From: Octopus sinensis
Lineage: Eukaryota
Length of the DNA: 64,000 nucleotides
Assembly (NCBI RefSeq): GCF_006345805.1
Contig: NC_043016.1
Coordinates: 26,288,001 to 26,352,000 of the forward strand
Reading direction: 5' to 3'
Both the position numbers and the translations under genes were made by a program. Of the stretch, positions 12,401 through 24,889 are shown in pieces. Under the pieces are notes generated by a model, which did not search any database, was not told the DNA's origin, and was given only the letters and a program-made list of their open reading frames with translations. Position 1 is the stretch's first letter. Every line of letters begins with the position of its first letter.

Positions 12401-12721
12401 TTATATATATATAGGTAGACTCTCTGGTCTTAAATGACATGAGGTTTCTGCAACTTTTTGCTAAACAATCTACACAAATGATTTGTTTATAGTGATCAAA
12501 TGTTTGTGTGGTACATTAGTTCATGCCCTCCATCAAATCGACATTGCCTGTACCAGTGCATGGTGTGTGACTGCAGAGGAATACAAAATGAAATGTTTTG
12601 CTCAAGAATGCAACATGCTGTTAGGCATGGGAATTTGAATTCCTGACTAATAGCCTTTGGACGTTCACATTTAAACTATATATATATATAATATTTATAT
12701 ATATATATATATATATATATA

Positions 12722-15181
12722 CACCATATATCTCTGTGTATAAGACGACCTTTAGATAAGACAAGGTCAAAGTTTGTAAAAGATTTCATGAATTTATCTC
12801 ATATCTGTAGTATAAGATGACTGCTAAATTACAAAACCATTTGTGTACAAGCTAGCTTTTGCAACAACAGGTATCTTTAGAAATATTGCTCATGTTAAGA
12901 TGATGTTATTACAAATGTTTTTTACTTACTATATCATTCCAAATTAAAATAAACAAAATAACAAATCTGTTTCTATATCATGTTTTTTCATATACACATC
13001 ACCTAAAAGGGAACCTGATTCTTCTTCTTTATCAAAACTTTATCGTTATCATAACAACTGCTAACATCAATGCACTAATGGTGGTTCATATGACTGAAAT
13101 TTTCTAAACAGTTACAGTCAGCCTGATATATTAATAACCATTTACCTATGGATGGAAGCACTCCGTCGGTTACGACGATGAGGGTTCCGGTTGATCCGAA
13201 TCAACGGAACAGCCTGCTCGTGAAATTAACGTGTAAGTGGCTGAGCACTCCACAGACACGTGCACCCTTAACGTAGTTCTCGGGGATATTCAGCGTGACA
13301 CAGAGAGTGACAAGGCTGGCCCCTTGAAATACAGGTACAACAGAAACAGGAAGTAAGAGTGAGAGAAAGTTGTGGTGAAAGAGTACAGCTGGGATCACCA
13401 CCACCCCCTGCCGGAGCCTCGTGGAGCTTTTAGGTGTTTTCGCTCAATAAACACTCACAACGCCCGGTCTGGGAATCGAAACCGCGATCCTATGACCGCG
13501 AGTCCGCTGCCCTAACCACTAGGCCATTGCGCCTCCACATTTACCTATACTTCATATAAAATCGCTGTCTAGTCAAGTGAAATTTATAATTATTTTATAC
13601 CCATACTGATATGCAACCACAGCAAAAAGAAGAAAACTGAAAGTTATAGCTGTAGCCAAGAATTCGAACAATCTGGTAAGAAGGGAGAAAATAACAATTG
13701 CTCAAAATCTCCTGAGAGATCTCGATCACAAAGTAACTAGTTTTCACCAGTTCATCATCCAGCTGAGAAAAAGGCATCAGTTTCCATTGTCTCATATTGG
13801 AAATATGGAAACTCCATTAAATTTTGACATGTTGGGTAACAAGACGGGTAGATTTGAAAGGAGTAAAAACAGTACATGTTGAAGGCACACGATATGAGAA
13901 AACGAGGTATATGGTGGTATTATACTGCATGGCTGACGGTTATTTTTAAATGTATAACAAAACCCAAAATAGATTTTCCTCCTGGCACTTTTGCTCATTT
14001 TCACAAGAATGGGTGAATGGATGAGAGTAGTGTGAAATTATGGATTGAGGATAAACGAATGCAGTTTATTGGTTTGGGATATGTTTCATAGCCACATAAT
14101 AGCAAATACTAAAATTCAGTTATCCAAAACCAATACTGATTTTTCTGTTGTTCCTGATGGATTGACCTCTATACTGCAGCCATTTGATGTCAGTTTAAAC
14201 AAGCCATTTAAAGATAATGTGAAAGAGCAATGGAATATCTGGATGATGAATGAAGAAAAATCTTTTACAAATGGTGGAGCTGTGCGTGCTGCCTCACTTG
14301 ATGTTCTCTGTGATTTTATTATAAAGGCATGGGACAAAGTTTAAGTAGAAAATTTGATAAAATCATTTTAAAAATACGGCATCTCTAATGCCATGGATGG
14401 TACCGAAGATAATATTCTGTACAATAGTGACGATGAAGTTGAAATTGATTCACCAGAACCAGACTGGAATCCTTATGATGATGGCACATGTAATGAATCT
14501 TGTGATACTTATAAGAAACTTTTAGAAACAGATAGTGATTATTGTGAGGAATTTGATGGGTTTTAGATAAATACATGTGGCAGGTTTGATATTTTATTAA
14601 TATTATTTATCTTGATAGGAAATAAAAAAAAATTATATCTCATCTTTTAATTGCAACTACTGTAAAATAATTCTATTGAAAAATAAAGGCTGTGTGTAAT
14701 CCAAATTGTGTAATTTACCACCAAATGATAAAAGATATTTTATAAAAGATATAAGTATGTTATTTTAAATGTTATTACTACAGTTATACATCACCATTAA
14801 AATTTTTGAAAGATTAGTGAAAGATAAAGGTTACTGTGAGCGCAACCGTGACTCGATGTTTACATTTTCTCAGCCGAGTTCGCATAGATAAAAGTTGATT
14901 TCAATGCTAGAGAATAATCTCTTGAATAGGCTATTTATTATAAAGATATGCCAGTGATATATAAAGTAAAAATGTTTTTAATAGCAATATAATAATTTTT
15001 TTCTTATTTTGTTAATCTGTTCACATATGTCTATGGTTATCGCACTGAGGTTGAGATTAGCTTACTTATAAAATCATTTAAAATTCAAAGTTTGGTTTTT
15101 AGAATGGTGGTATAAGACGACCCCCAAATTCTTAGGTAAATTTTAGGATTTAAAGATCGTCTTATGTGTGGAAATATACAG
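12722..15181 (+). mobile_element. pogo/Tigger-like DNA transposon (decayed) with both TIRs
   Basis: TIRs caccatatatctctgtgtataagacgacc and gatcgtcttatgtgtggaaatatacag flanked by TA; DDE_1-like LLVWDMFHSH..GLTSILQPFDVSLNKPFKD at 14045-14344. Confidence 0.8.
13150..13537 (-). mobile_element. SINE family C (GGAGGCGCAATGG head), full length with TSD
   Basis: tRNA-like head; 11-bp TSD catttacctat at 13139-13149 and 13538-13548. Confidence 0.9.
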
Positions 15182-15269
15182 TATATATACATATATACAT
15201 ATATATAATAATAAATAATATATATAATATATATATACACACATATATACATATATATATATATATTAC

Positions 15270-15490
15270 GGAGATGTACTCGCATAGCAAGTAATTTGAT
15301 CTGAGATCATGTGCTGAAACGAAAACAATTGCAGCGTGGAAGGTGTTTATAAGCCATTTAAGAAACACACAAAAGCCGTTCGATTCACTTCAACATTTAA
15401 GTTTAATTTGTCAAAATATTTTCGTCGCTAAAATCCGCGACCTGTTCACTGACAAAAATCCGTGCTGCATCTGAGAAAGTAACAGTTAGT
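15270..15490 (-). mobile_element. Penelope pLTR-like short element bearing a hammerhead variant
   Basis: Contains the minus-strand hammerhead-like fold at 15407-15457; duplicated in inverted orientation at ~15925-16083. Confidence 0.55.
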
Positions 15491-16079
15491 TCGTCATATA
15501 TATGTACGTATGTATGTGTGTATGTATGTATGTATGCATGTACGTACATATGCCTGTGTATGGATGTATGTATGTATGTATGTATGTATATATGTATGTG
15601 TGTGTATATGCACGCACATACACACTATAAACATAAAGCTATAAACCTGTAGTGATGGATAGATGTAGAGTGACCACTCATCACAATAATATCAAATTGA
15701 AATTTGAAGTTGAAATTTGATATTATTGTGATGAGTGGTCACTCTACATCTATCCATCACTACAGGTTTATAGCTTTAGTTTATAGTGTGTATGTGCGTG
15801 CATATACACACACATACAAATATACATACATACATACATGCATACACAGGCGTATGTACGTACATGCATACATACATGCATACATACATACACACATACA
15901 TACGTACATATATATGATGAACTAACTGTTACTTTCTCAGATGCAGCACGGATTTTTGTCAGTGAACAGGTTGTGGATTTTAGCGACGAAAATATTTTGA
16001 CAAATTAAACTTAAATGTTGAAGTGAATCGAACGGCTTTTGTGTGTTTCTTAAATGGCTTATAAACACCTTCCATGCTG

Positions 16080-16083
<4 letters not shown>
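15328..16083. repeat. Fold-back inverted duplication, ~370-bp arms, 15-nt spacer
   Basis: 15328-15698 is the reverse complement of 15714-16083, with a few C/T and G/A differences. Confidence 0.95.
15407..15457 (-). ncRNA. Minimal type-I hammerhead-like motif with G3:C8 core swap
   Basis: tttgtca GTGAACA g gtcgc ggatttta gcgac GAA aatatt t tgacaaa: 7-bp stem I, 5-bp stem II, palindromic stem III. Confidence 0.55.
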
Positions 16084-16129
<46 letters not shown>

Positions 16130-16671
16130 TTTATTAAAGCAGCAGAAAATTCAACATTTTTTTTGTTGAATTTTTTGTCGATTTTTTTTTTTGTTGAATT
16201 TTCTGCTGCTTTAAATAAAGCGTATTACTCTACCACTGGTATTGAGTACTCTTTTTTTCCACCTTGTTTCACATTTATGTGTTTACTCAGGTATATATAT
16301 ATATACATACATGCATATATGAGCAGCGGATGTCACTAATAGTACAAATAACATGAAATATGTAAACAAACGAGTTAAATACATAAACAAAGAGAAAAAA
16401 TGGAAAACAGGACAAGAAAACACAGAAAAAGGCCCCTTCATCAGTTGTTGGCTGTCTATTTACTCCTCATATGTATACAGAGTGAGTCAAAAGTATTGCC
16501 CAGTTTCTGAAAAGTCATGCCTTTGTTTGTTGTTTTGCAGGTTATTACTGACAGTTTGAAAATGATTAAATCTGGATCACATATCATGTTGTTAATACTC
16601 TTTGATATGCCAACCTGTAAAACAAGAATTAGAAGACAAAATATAATATATATAATATATATATATATATA

Positions 16672-16702
<31 letters not shown>

Positions 16703-16703
<1 letters not shown>

Positions 16704-17005
16704 AATCACCGTGACCGACCAGGCTATCAGATGTTGCTACACATCGCTGGTCACAATGCGCTTCGCATTGTTTTAGCCTCCAAATGATGCCATCCCGCTG
16801 GCTAAGCGAGCAGGCCAACAGAAGAAAGAGTGGGAGAAAGTTGTGGTGAAAGAGTACACCAGGGATTGCCACCACCCCCTGCCGGAGCCTCATGAAGCTT
16901 TGGGTGTTTTCACTCAATAAACACTCACAACACCCGGTCTAGGAATCGAAACCGTGATCTGACAACCGCGAGTCCGCTGCCCTAACCACTGGGCCATTGC
17001 GCCTC

Positions 17006-17006
<1 letters not shown>
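16703..17006 (-). mobile_element. SINE family C head with alternative tail
   Basis: Same head as 13150-13537, different tail (..cggtcacggtgat); twin at 45891-46182. Confidence 0.85.
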
Positions 17007-17040
<34 letters not shown>

Positions 17041-17114
17041 GAGGTAGAATAATAAACAAAAAGGAAATGAGGAAAGGCGCTAACAATGCAGAGATGAAAG
17101 TTGTGAAACCTTTA

Positions 17115-17150
17115 TATATTTCAAGCACAAAAGCCCATCTTCAGAGGGGT
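17115..17150 (-). ncRNA. Decayed Penelope-type hammerhead motif
   Basis: cct CTGAAGA t gggc ttttgt gctt GAAA tatata aagg; stems eroded by transitions. Confidence 0.4.
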
Positions 17151-18054
17151 ACAATCAAAGAAATATGTGTCTACATAGAATACATACTTACATATCCATA
17201 TAAGTGTGTATGAATATATACATATACATGTGTTTGTGTGTGTGTGCGTGTGCCACATGAAATGAACCCAGTCCACTCTGTAAGGTAGTTGGTGTTAGGA
17301 AGGACATCCAGCAGTAAAAACCATACAAAAGCAGACACTGAAGCTTGCTGCAGTCCTCTACTCAAACCATCCAACCCATGCCAGCAGGGAAAACGGATGT
17401 CAAATGACAATGATGATGATGCACACACACATACATGCACACACACACACACACACACACATGCACACAGACATACATGCACACACACACACACATGTCT
17501 GTGTTGCATAAAAGATAAAAAGAGGGAAGAGAGAGAGAAAGAGATATCAAAGTTTTATTATGTGTCTGCCTAGAGGAAGTTTGTGTGTTCAATTTATGAT
17601 AATAGTTTGTGAAAAGAACAGAAAAATCAATTAGTTGCATTGATATTTTTTAAAGTAAAATGTTTGAAATTATTCAATTAATTTGTTTTATGAATTTTAA
17701 TGTGGGACTACATGATTTATTTAATCGACTTTTAGTGGATGGATAAATTATTCAATATTTTCTCAATGTCCAGTAATTAAATAACAAAAAAATATGTGGA
17801 TAATATCACTTGCAGCTAAAACTGTGATTTGATAAACCCCGGTGCTTTACTTGTGATTAGCCAGGCTAGTAAACATTTGGTTAGTATTTATTATAATTAT
17901 TATTATTAATAATAATAATAATAATAAACAATACAAAGAGCATGATGTGACTTCAATATTGCAATTGCATCACACACTTTGTATTGTCTATTTACCTTTG
18001 GGGGGAGTAATGTCAGTCCTTTTAAAATAATGACAATGATGATGATGATGCTGA

Positions 18055-18625
18055 TAATAATAAATGCCCTGATGCATTACCAGACAGTGGCTCTCGTGGT
18101 TATGCCCTGATGCAGTACCAGACAGTGATTGGAAGTGTTATCATGTACATTGTTTTGTCTTGGTATAAAAGATGGGCTATAGCAAATATTCTGCTCAATA
18201 CCACAGATTTACTTGTCAGTTGTTTGACCATAACCAGTTGACCATGTCCCTTAGTGTGCATCTCTGATCATGAGTAGAAGTAGTGGGGAGCATCATAGCC
18301 ATGTGTTGAGAGGGATTCTTTGGGGTTTGAATAATTCACCTCTGGAAACATGGGTGTTTCATTCAACATCCTTAAACCACCTTTATTCAGGGACCGTTTG
18401 AATGGGATGGGTTACTCGGCTAGAATAAAATTCTAACTGGGTTCCACCTGCAAGGTCATGTGCTGTTTATCTTGATATGAAATCACCATATCGCGCACAT
18501 ATGGTTGCGATGCATGTGCCTGGTGTACCCTTATCAGACAAGTAGTCATGATGGGTATACTGGGCTTCATATATTTTACCCCAGTGTCACTTTGATGGCA
18601 TGCACTGCTCTCTCACTCAATAATG
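18055..18625. repeat. Interspersed repeat, probably a non-LTR-derived 3' end, with an internal ~26-bp duplication
   Basis: atgccctgatgca(t/g)taccagacagtg occurs twice (~18063, ~18102); bounded by (AAT)/(GAT) runs; family not identified. Confidence 0.35.
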
Positions 18626-19514
18626 ATGATGTTGATGATGATGATGATGATGATGATGATCCTTTCTACTATAGGCACAAAGCTTGAAATTTGGGGAAGG
18701 AGAATAGTCAATTACATCAACCCCAGGTCTTGACTGGTACTTAATTTATCAGCTATGAAGGGATAAAAGGCAAAGTCAACCTCAGCAGGATAACAACAAC
18801 AATAATAAAAATGGTTTCATACTTTTGCACAAGGCCAACAATTTCTGGGGAACAGGTAAGTCAATTACATCGATCCCACTGCTCGAAAAGACGAAAGGCA
18901 AAGTCTTCCTAGGCATAATTGGAACTCAGAACATAAAGACAGATAGAATGCTGCTAATTATTTGCCTGGTATACTAATGATTCTGCCAGCTCACCTTTGG
19001 TGAAATTGGGATTGATATGAGGGTAAAACATGCTCAGAAATCTGCTTAATTGAGGGCAGCAAGAATTTTGAGATTGGTACTTGGGTGTTAAGTATCATGG
19101 AAAGAGACCCTATGAGACCCTTGACAACAGGTTATTATCTGCTCTTACAAAATTAGCTAGAGCAAGTGAAATCGAGAACTCTGAGAAGTAAAATGGTGAT
19201 AATAACAATGATGTCCCACCAATGCCAGCATGGAAGGCAGACGCTAAATGATGATGAACGATGATGATAAAAAAAATCTAAAATTTAAAAACTTATGTAT
19301 GTTGTATTATATAACTTTCATTAAACAGGAACTAAAACATTTTCTTGTTTGAACTGGCCTCATTATGTAACTTTTTCAACTAATGAAAATTGTTAGTTTT
19401 TAATGACATATATGACATATCCTGTCATTCCATTCATACTTTGATCTTGAATTACAATCATAAAAATCATAAAATGAACTACAAGCTGAATCCTGAATTT
19501 CTTTTTCACAAAAG

Positions 19515-19574
<60 letters not shown>

Positions 19575-20879
19575 CAAACAAGTGTCTTTTGCCATTCACA
19601 TGATATCACATATCACATTAATCCTGCATGCATAATACATAAAGCATGTCCCAGATGGTTAAAAAGCTCAGTTTGCAATCATAAGGCCTCAGGTTCAATT
19701 CCACAGTGTGACATTTTTGGCAAGCATCTTTTCCCCATACCCTTGAGCTGAACTAAGCTTTGTCATTGAGAATGATTTGATGAAAACTGTAAGGAAACCC
19801 ATCAGATGATATACACTAAAAATTTAAAGGCCACCATTGTCATACATTGTGTCATACTGATTCTGTGTTAAGATGACAAAACTAGTCATGTCTATGGAAT
19901 ATTCGGCCATTATCATCATTTAACATCCATGGTCCTTGCCGGCTACATTGTGCTCTATTGTCTGCTTTCGCTTGGTTTCTACACCTTCCTAATGCCAACC
20001 ACTTTACAGGATGTACAGAGTATAATTTCATGCTTCCAATGCTAATGAGGTTGCCATGCAACCTACAAAACTACAAACGCCGACTTTATAGCAGGAGATG
20101 AGGGAGGTCAAGGTATGATACATGGGGCCAGAGTAGAACAGGTTGCTTGCTGCATTTTGGAAGAGAGGATACAAGTGAGCCTGTTTGTTCACTTGATCGA
20201 ACAACAGAAACCTTATTGTTAAAATTGTCGTTGCATAAGCATAGGCATGGCTGTGTGGTTAAGAAGTTTGCATTCCAATCACATGGTTTTGTGTTCAGTC
20301 ACTCACACTGCATGATACCTTGGACAAGTGTCTTCTATGGTAGCCCCATGCAGCCAAAGCTTCGTGAGTGGATTTCATAGACGGAAACTGAAAGTGCCAG
20401 GCTTAAATACAAGTACTGAAGATGATTTGATCAACAAAACCCTTCAAGGCAGTAGTGCTCCAGCATGGCCAAAATCCAATGATTGAAAACAAGTAAAAGA
20501 CAAACGGTTACATTCACACCTGCTGACGATTATTAGAAGACATAAGTTTTTAAGACACCATCTTGACTTTTGTCATAACTATTGATTGACAAAAGTGGAA
20601 GTGATGTCTTAAACTTGAATATTACTCAGTTTTGTACATCAACTTCTCTCATCACTACATTAGCAAGTATGGCGAAGTCTATGCTTCAGCAAGGGAATAT
20701 AATAAGGTCGGAGCATGTGCAGAGTTGTCTCCAATACTTGTCGAAATGATTGAATTGGAAATTTGTTGCTCATTTAATTGGTATATTGTAATCAGTATGG
20801 TTGTATTTAATGCTCATTATATTAGTTATGTTAACACTAACTTAGTGTTATCTTTTTTTCTTCCCAAATGTAAATAAAC

Positions 20880-21138
20880 CCAATCTGTTTCTTAAACGAG
20901 GGACATATTCATACGACACAGAATGTTTTTTTTACCTCAATAGACGTCATTGATTGGTTGAAATTGCAGAAATTGAAGAAAAAAAATAACAAATATCTTA
21001 CAAACTGTAGAATTTTCTCAATAAAGCCAAGAGAAAAGGATGTTTTATAAACACATTCTATCAGTATACGAAGTTTAAAAGTGTTCAGTTACGTGGAAAT
21101 TATTTTAAAAAACTGCCGTTCAAACCGAAAAGATCCAT
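20880..21138. repeat. Interspersed repeat end related to 5700-5825
   Basis: Shared acacattcta-cagtatacgaagtttaaaagtgtt block; ends ..aaaccgaaaagatcc. Confidence 0.55.
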
Positions 21139-21374
21139 ACTTTCTCTTCTCAGCGCGTACGTAAATGTGTGTGTGTGTGGTGTTGGGTATGACAGTAAAT
21201 ATCTACTATCTCACTCGGATGTAATAAGAAATATCTAGCGATTAAAACGGCGCAAAATTGGAGAGGGTGTGCAAAATTGTAAAAAAAAAAAAATTATATA
21301 TTCTTAAACAAAAGAATTATTTATACGGAAGCAAGCAACCAGAAAATTCCTCACCTTTTTTTTTCCTCTCCTAG

Positions 21375-21401
21375 GATGTAGTGAATGATAGTAGATATCT
21401 T
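21375..21401 (+). CDS. Candidate 27-nt microexon (DVVNDSRYL)
   Basis: Branch-like cctcac plus long pyrimidine tract and ctag acceptor; donor gtaagg; no homology recognised. Confidence 0.25.
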
Positions 21402-21799
21402 GTAAGGGTACTTATGTTAGCAAACTAACAAGGAAAAATAACAGGAACAAATCACGAGAAAACGAAAACAATACATATGTACATGCAGTCCACTTTTTAG
21501 AAACCTGTGTGTGTGTGTGTGTGTGAGAGAGAGAAGAGAGATAGATAATGTACGATGTGTCTGACTATATATGTATAAGAAAAAGAAAAAAACGCTGATG
21601 GGCGTTCATTTACTTGATTTTTTTCATATTTCATTACAATAACTGACGTCTTTCTAATTTCTCCGACAAGTATTTAACAATAAAAATTAATCTGAACAAG
21701 AGAACATATTTTACAAAAGAGAAACGAGAAGAAAATTTTTTTACAAAAAAAAAAAAGAAGCGGGAGAAAAAAAAAACAACAACAATGCAGCATTAAGTC

Positions 21800-22310
21800 C
21801 TTCAATTGGTCGCATACCACAAGGTTCAACGGAACCTACTGAAGCAAGTCAGCACGCTCGCAGCATTGCCACGGGCGATGGCGAGGCTAAGGCGTTGGAA
21901 CCGCCAAGCACACTCACAGACATCACCTGACACCTCGGTAAGGCAAGCTGCCAACGATGACAAGAACTTCGCCGTTAGAGGCCCAGTCCCTCCAAACGCC
22001 TTAGACACCACCACAGGCTGAAAGAGATGGTTCACTGCCAGGTCCCAATACTTCGGGCTTTTGTTCCGTTTGGCTACGGAAGCAGTGACCCTCCCATTTA
22101 CAGCAGAATCCAGGATGTGGGAGGGAGCAAAATAGTCACAGACTGTGACGTCCCAGTTGAGACACCTACCTACCGTTTACCCAGAAGCAGAGGGTAAGAC
22201 CATTTGGTCTCTTCCCATCACTTCTGGAAAATCCCACTGGCTCCAGAATTAGCCAAGCGTGACGAGGGAAACAACCAGCATTTAAGCGGCAAGACAGAGC
22301 GTGAACACCT
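21800..22310 (-). mobile_element. CRE-like non-LTR retrotransposon C-terminal restriction-like endonuclease fragment
   Basis: LEPVGFSRSDGKRPNGLTL..DVTV..HLFQPVVVSKAFGGTGP..FQRLSLAIARGNAASVL (RPDG/WDVT/QRGN-type motifs). Confidence 0.85.
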
Positions 22311-22369
22311 GTAGAATCGAGGGGCTTACCACAGCGACATTTCAGTCCCCTACAGACGTCAGCTCCTAC

Positions 22370-22760
22370 TCTGGAAGCCTCATGCGCATGCTGGAAAACA
22401 GGTTACCAAAGCAGTTCTACAGTGAACTGACAAAGCGCAATTGGCCAAGAGATCAGCCAAAGCTTCACTATAAAGGCACCCTGAAAAACTCCCTCCAGAA
22501 ATGTGACATTGATGAAGAACAATGGGAAATCATGGTCACGAACAGGTCTGAATGGAGGCAAACAATTCCCAAGGGAACAGAAGCCTACGAAAATGAAAGA
22601 CGAGTCAGCAAAGTAGAAAAGTGCGCGGTGATACAGCGATGAAAGCTAAACCTGACACAAAAGAGCATTTCACTATGTGTCCAGCATGTGACCGCCATTG
22701 TGCATCTGACTGTGACCAAGAGGGTACACGAATGAACAAAATACTACTTTGGACTTTATC
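22370..22760 (+). mobile_element. RTE-clade LINE 3' fragment
   Basis: RMLENRLPKQFYSEL..KGTLKNSLQKCDI..NRSEWRQTI..CPACDRHCAS. Confidence 0.8.
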
Positions 22761-23299
22761 GACCATAATAGTTAACCATCCGTGTGTGTATGTGTGTGTG
22801 TGTGCGTGTGTACAAAATGCCAGCCTTATCATGCTCGGTCACTTTACACTATACTTAGCAGTAGTTGTGAAGATGTTATGTGCCTCCGGCCATTTGAGCT
22901 TGACGAGTCACCTATATAGATAAGCGCTTTACAGGCGCGAAACCAATGGTCACTCTCTGACCGATCATAACAAACAACCTTACACATACACACACACGCA
23001 TATACACACACACACATGCACATGTACATACACACACACACACACATATGTATATAAAGTCCTACCGTCGTATGAGTGTTGGAAGGAATGGATTAAAAAG
23101 ATAAAAGAAACTGCATCTATTTGAAATGAATGTAATTTGAGTTCAGGTATGGATTTTGCTCAAACGTCACCAAGGGGACACTGATGATTTTTGATTTTGT
23201 CAGGGACTGGACAAATATGTCTGTTGATTGCAGGATATAACTTTGTTTCATTAAATCAAATTGTTTTAATGCAGCGTGTCACATTTTACGTCATGCAGA

Positions 23300-23760
23300 T
23301 CAGTCTAGTCAATGAATTTTCCAAGATGTCAAATTAAGCTGTAGAGATTTTAGCGCTTGCTTTAACTTATCCTTATACCTAAAGATCGGTCTTCTTTTAC
23401 CATGGTATCCCTCTACTTGTTGGCCATAGAAAATAATTTTCGGAATGCGATCATCTTTCATTCGAACATATTCTGCCCATCTGCACTGAATTCTCAATAG
23501 TATGCTTTCGATACATTTTTCTAAAATTCTGACATTTTATGTTGCCAGTTTTGCGAAGACAGCACATGTGCAAGGTTTCAAGTTTCTTTATATGTCTGTA
23601 GAAGAGAGTCTGTGCTTCTGCCACGTACAAGAGTGTGCTCAAAATACAAGATTTGCAAATACAAATTTTAGTGTTTAGATTGATACCGTGTCCACCCCAC
23701 AAATGGTGCAGCTTTAGATATTCTAACATTGATTTCGTCATAAAAAGTATTCTTAAAGTT
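23300..23760 (-). mobile_element. RTE-clade LINE fragment
   Basis: SCILSTLLYVAE..HIKKLETLHMCCLRK and RMKDDRIPKIIFYG..RYKDKLKQALK. Confidence 0.8.
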
Positions 23761-23940
23761 TAGTGAATTTCCATGATATTTAAGTGGCCTGACCCATTTG
23801 AGTGGATTCTTGTCAATCATCAGACTTGAATCTCGAGTATATTCTATCCCAGGCTTCGGTCTTCTTGGTGCTGATAGTCAACCCCAAAGCACGAACTACC
23901 ACAGCAAACCTACCAACATGGGGCCGATTCATTCGACTAT

Positions 23941-24265
23941 AGGTGCAGGAGTAGCTGTGTGGCAAGTAGCTTGCTTACCAACCACATGGCTCCGGGTTCC
24001 GTCCCACTGCATGGCACCTTGAGCAAGTGTCTTCTTGTGAGTGGATTTGGTAGACGCAAACTGAAAGAAGCCCGTCGTGTATGTGTGTATGTCTGTTTGT
24101 CCCCCCACCATCGCTTGACAACCGATGTTGGTGTGTTCACGTCCCTGTAACTTAGCGGTTCGGCAAAAAAGACCGATAGAATAAGTACTAGGCTTATTTG
24201 TTCGACTAAAGGCGGTGCTCCAGCATGGCTGCAGTCAAATGACTGAAACAAGTAAAAGAGTATAT
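23941..24265 (+). mobile_element. SINE family B (GGAGTGGCTGTGTGGTAAG head), internally deleted
   Basis: Head, microsatellite linker and ..gtcaaatgactgaaacaagtaaaagag tail. Confidence 0.85.
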
Positions 24266-24309
24266 TCATACATACATACATAAATTCAAAGCATACATAT
24301 ATATAAGCA

Positions 24310-24685
24310 CAGACATGGTTGTGTGGTAAGGAGTTTGCTTCTCTTCGCAAGTACATGGTTCCGGGTTCAGTCACACTGCGTAGCATCTATAGCCTCGAGC
24401 CGACCAAAGCCTTGTCAGTGGATTTGGTAGACAGGAACTGAAAGAATCCCGTCATTTATATGCGTGTGTGTAAGAGTGTTACTTTGTATCTGAAGATGTC
24501 CCACCACCATGTGACAACCAGTGTTGTACTTACGTCCTGTGACTTAGCGGTTCAGCAAAAGAGACTCCATAGAATAAGTACCAAGTTTTTAAAATAAGTA
24601 CTGGGGGTGATTCCTTTGACTAGAAAATTCTTCAAGGCATCGCCCCAGTGCGGCTGCAGTCTAATGACGGAAACAAGTTAAAGAT
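24310..24685 (+). mobile_element. SINE family B
   Basis: Homologous to the full copy at 52952-53352. Confidence 0.8.
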
Positions 24686-24889
24686 AAGGGGTGGCTCTGT
24701 GGTAAGAAGCTTGCTGCCCAGCGATATAGTTCTGGGTTTAAATAAATTACTTTAAAATGTTGTATCCAAACCTTGTTTTGGGTATGTCCCTAGTAGTGTA
24801 CCTTGAGAGCACGTTCACCACATACGGCTACCAGGCGTCATCCGTGGTACTGCACTTTAGTCGCAGGAACGAAATGTACATATTATAAC

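Noticed and set aside
13440-13537. tRNA genes at SINE heads (also 7637, 41710, 52952)
   Set aside because: A/B boxes are present, but there is no complete cloverleaf and they run straight into SINE bodies.
16438-16444. CTGATGA on the minus strand as a hammerhead core
   Set aside because: No stem II or GAAA partner follows.
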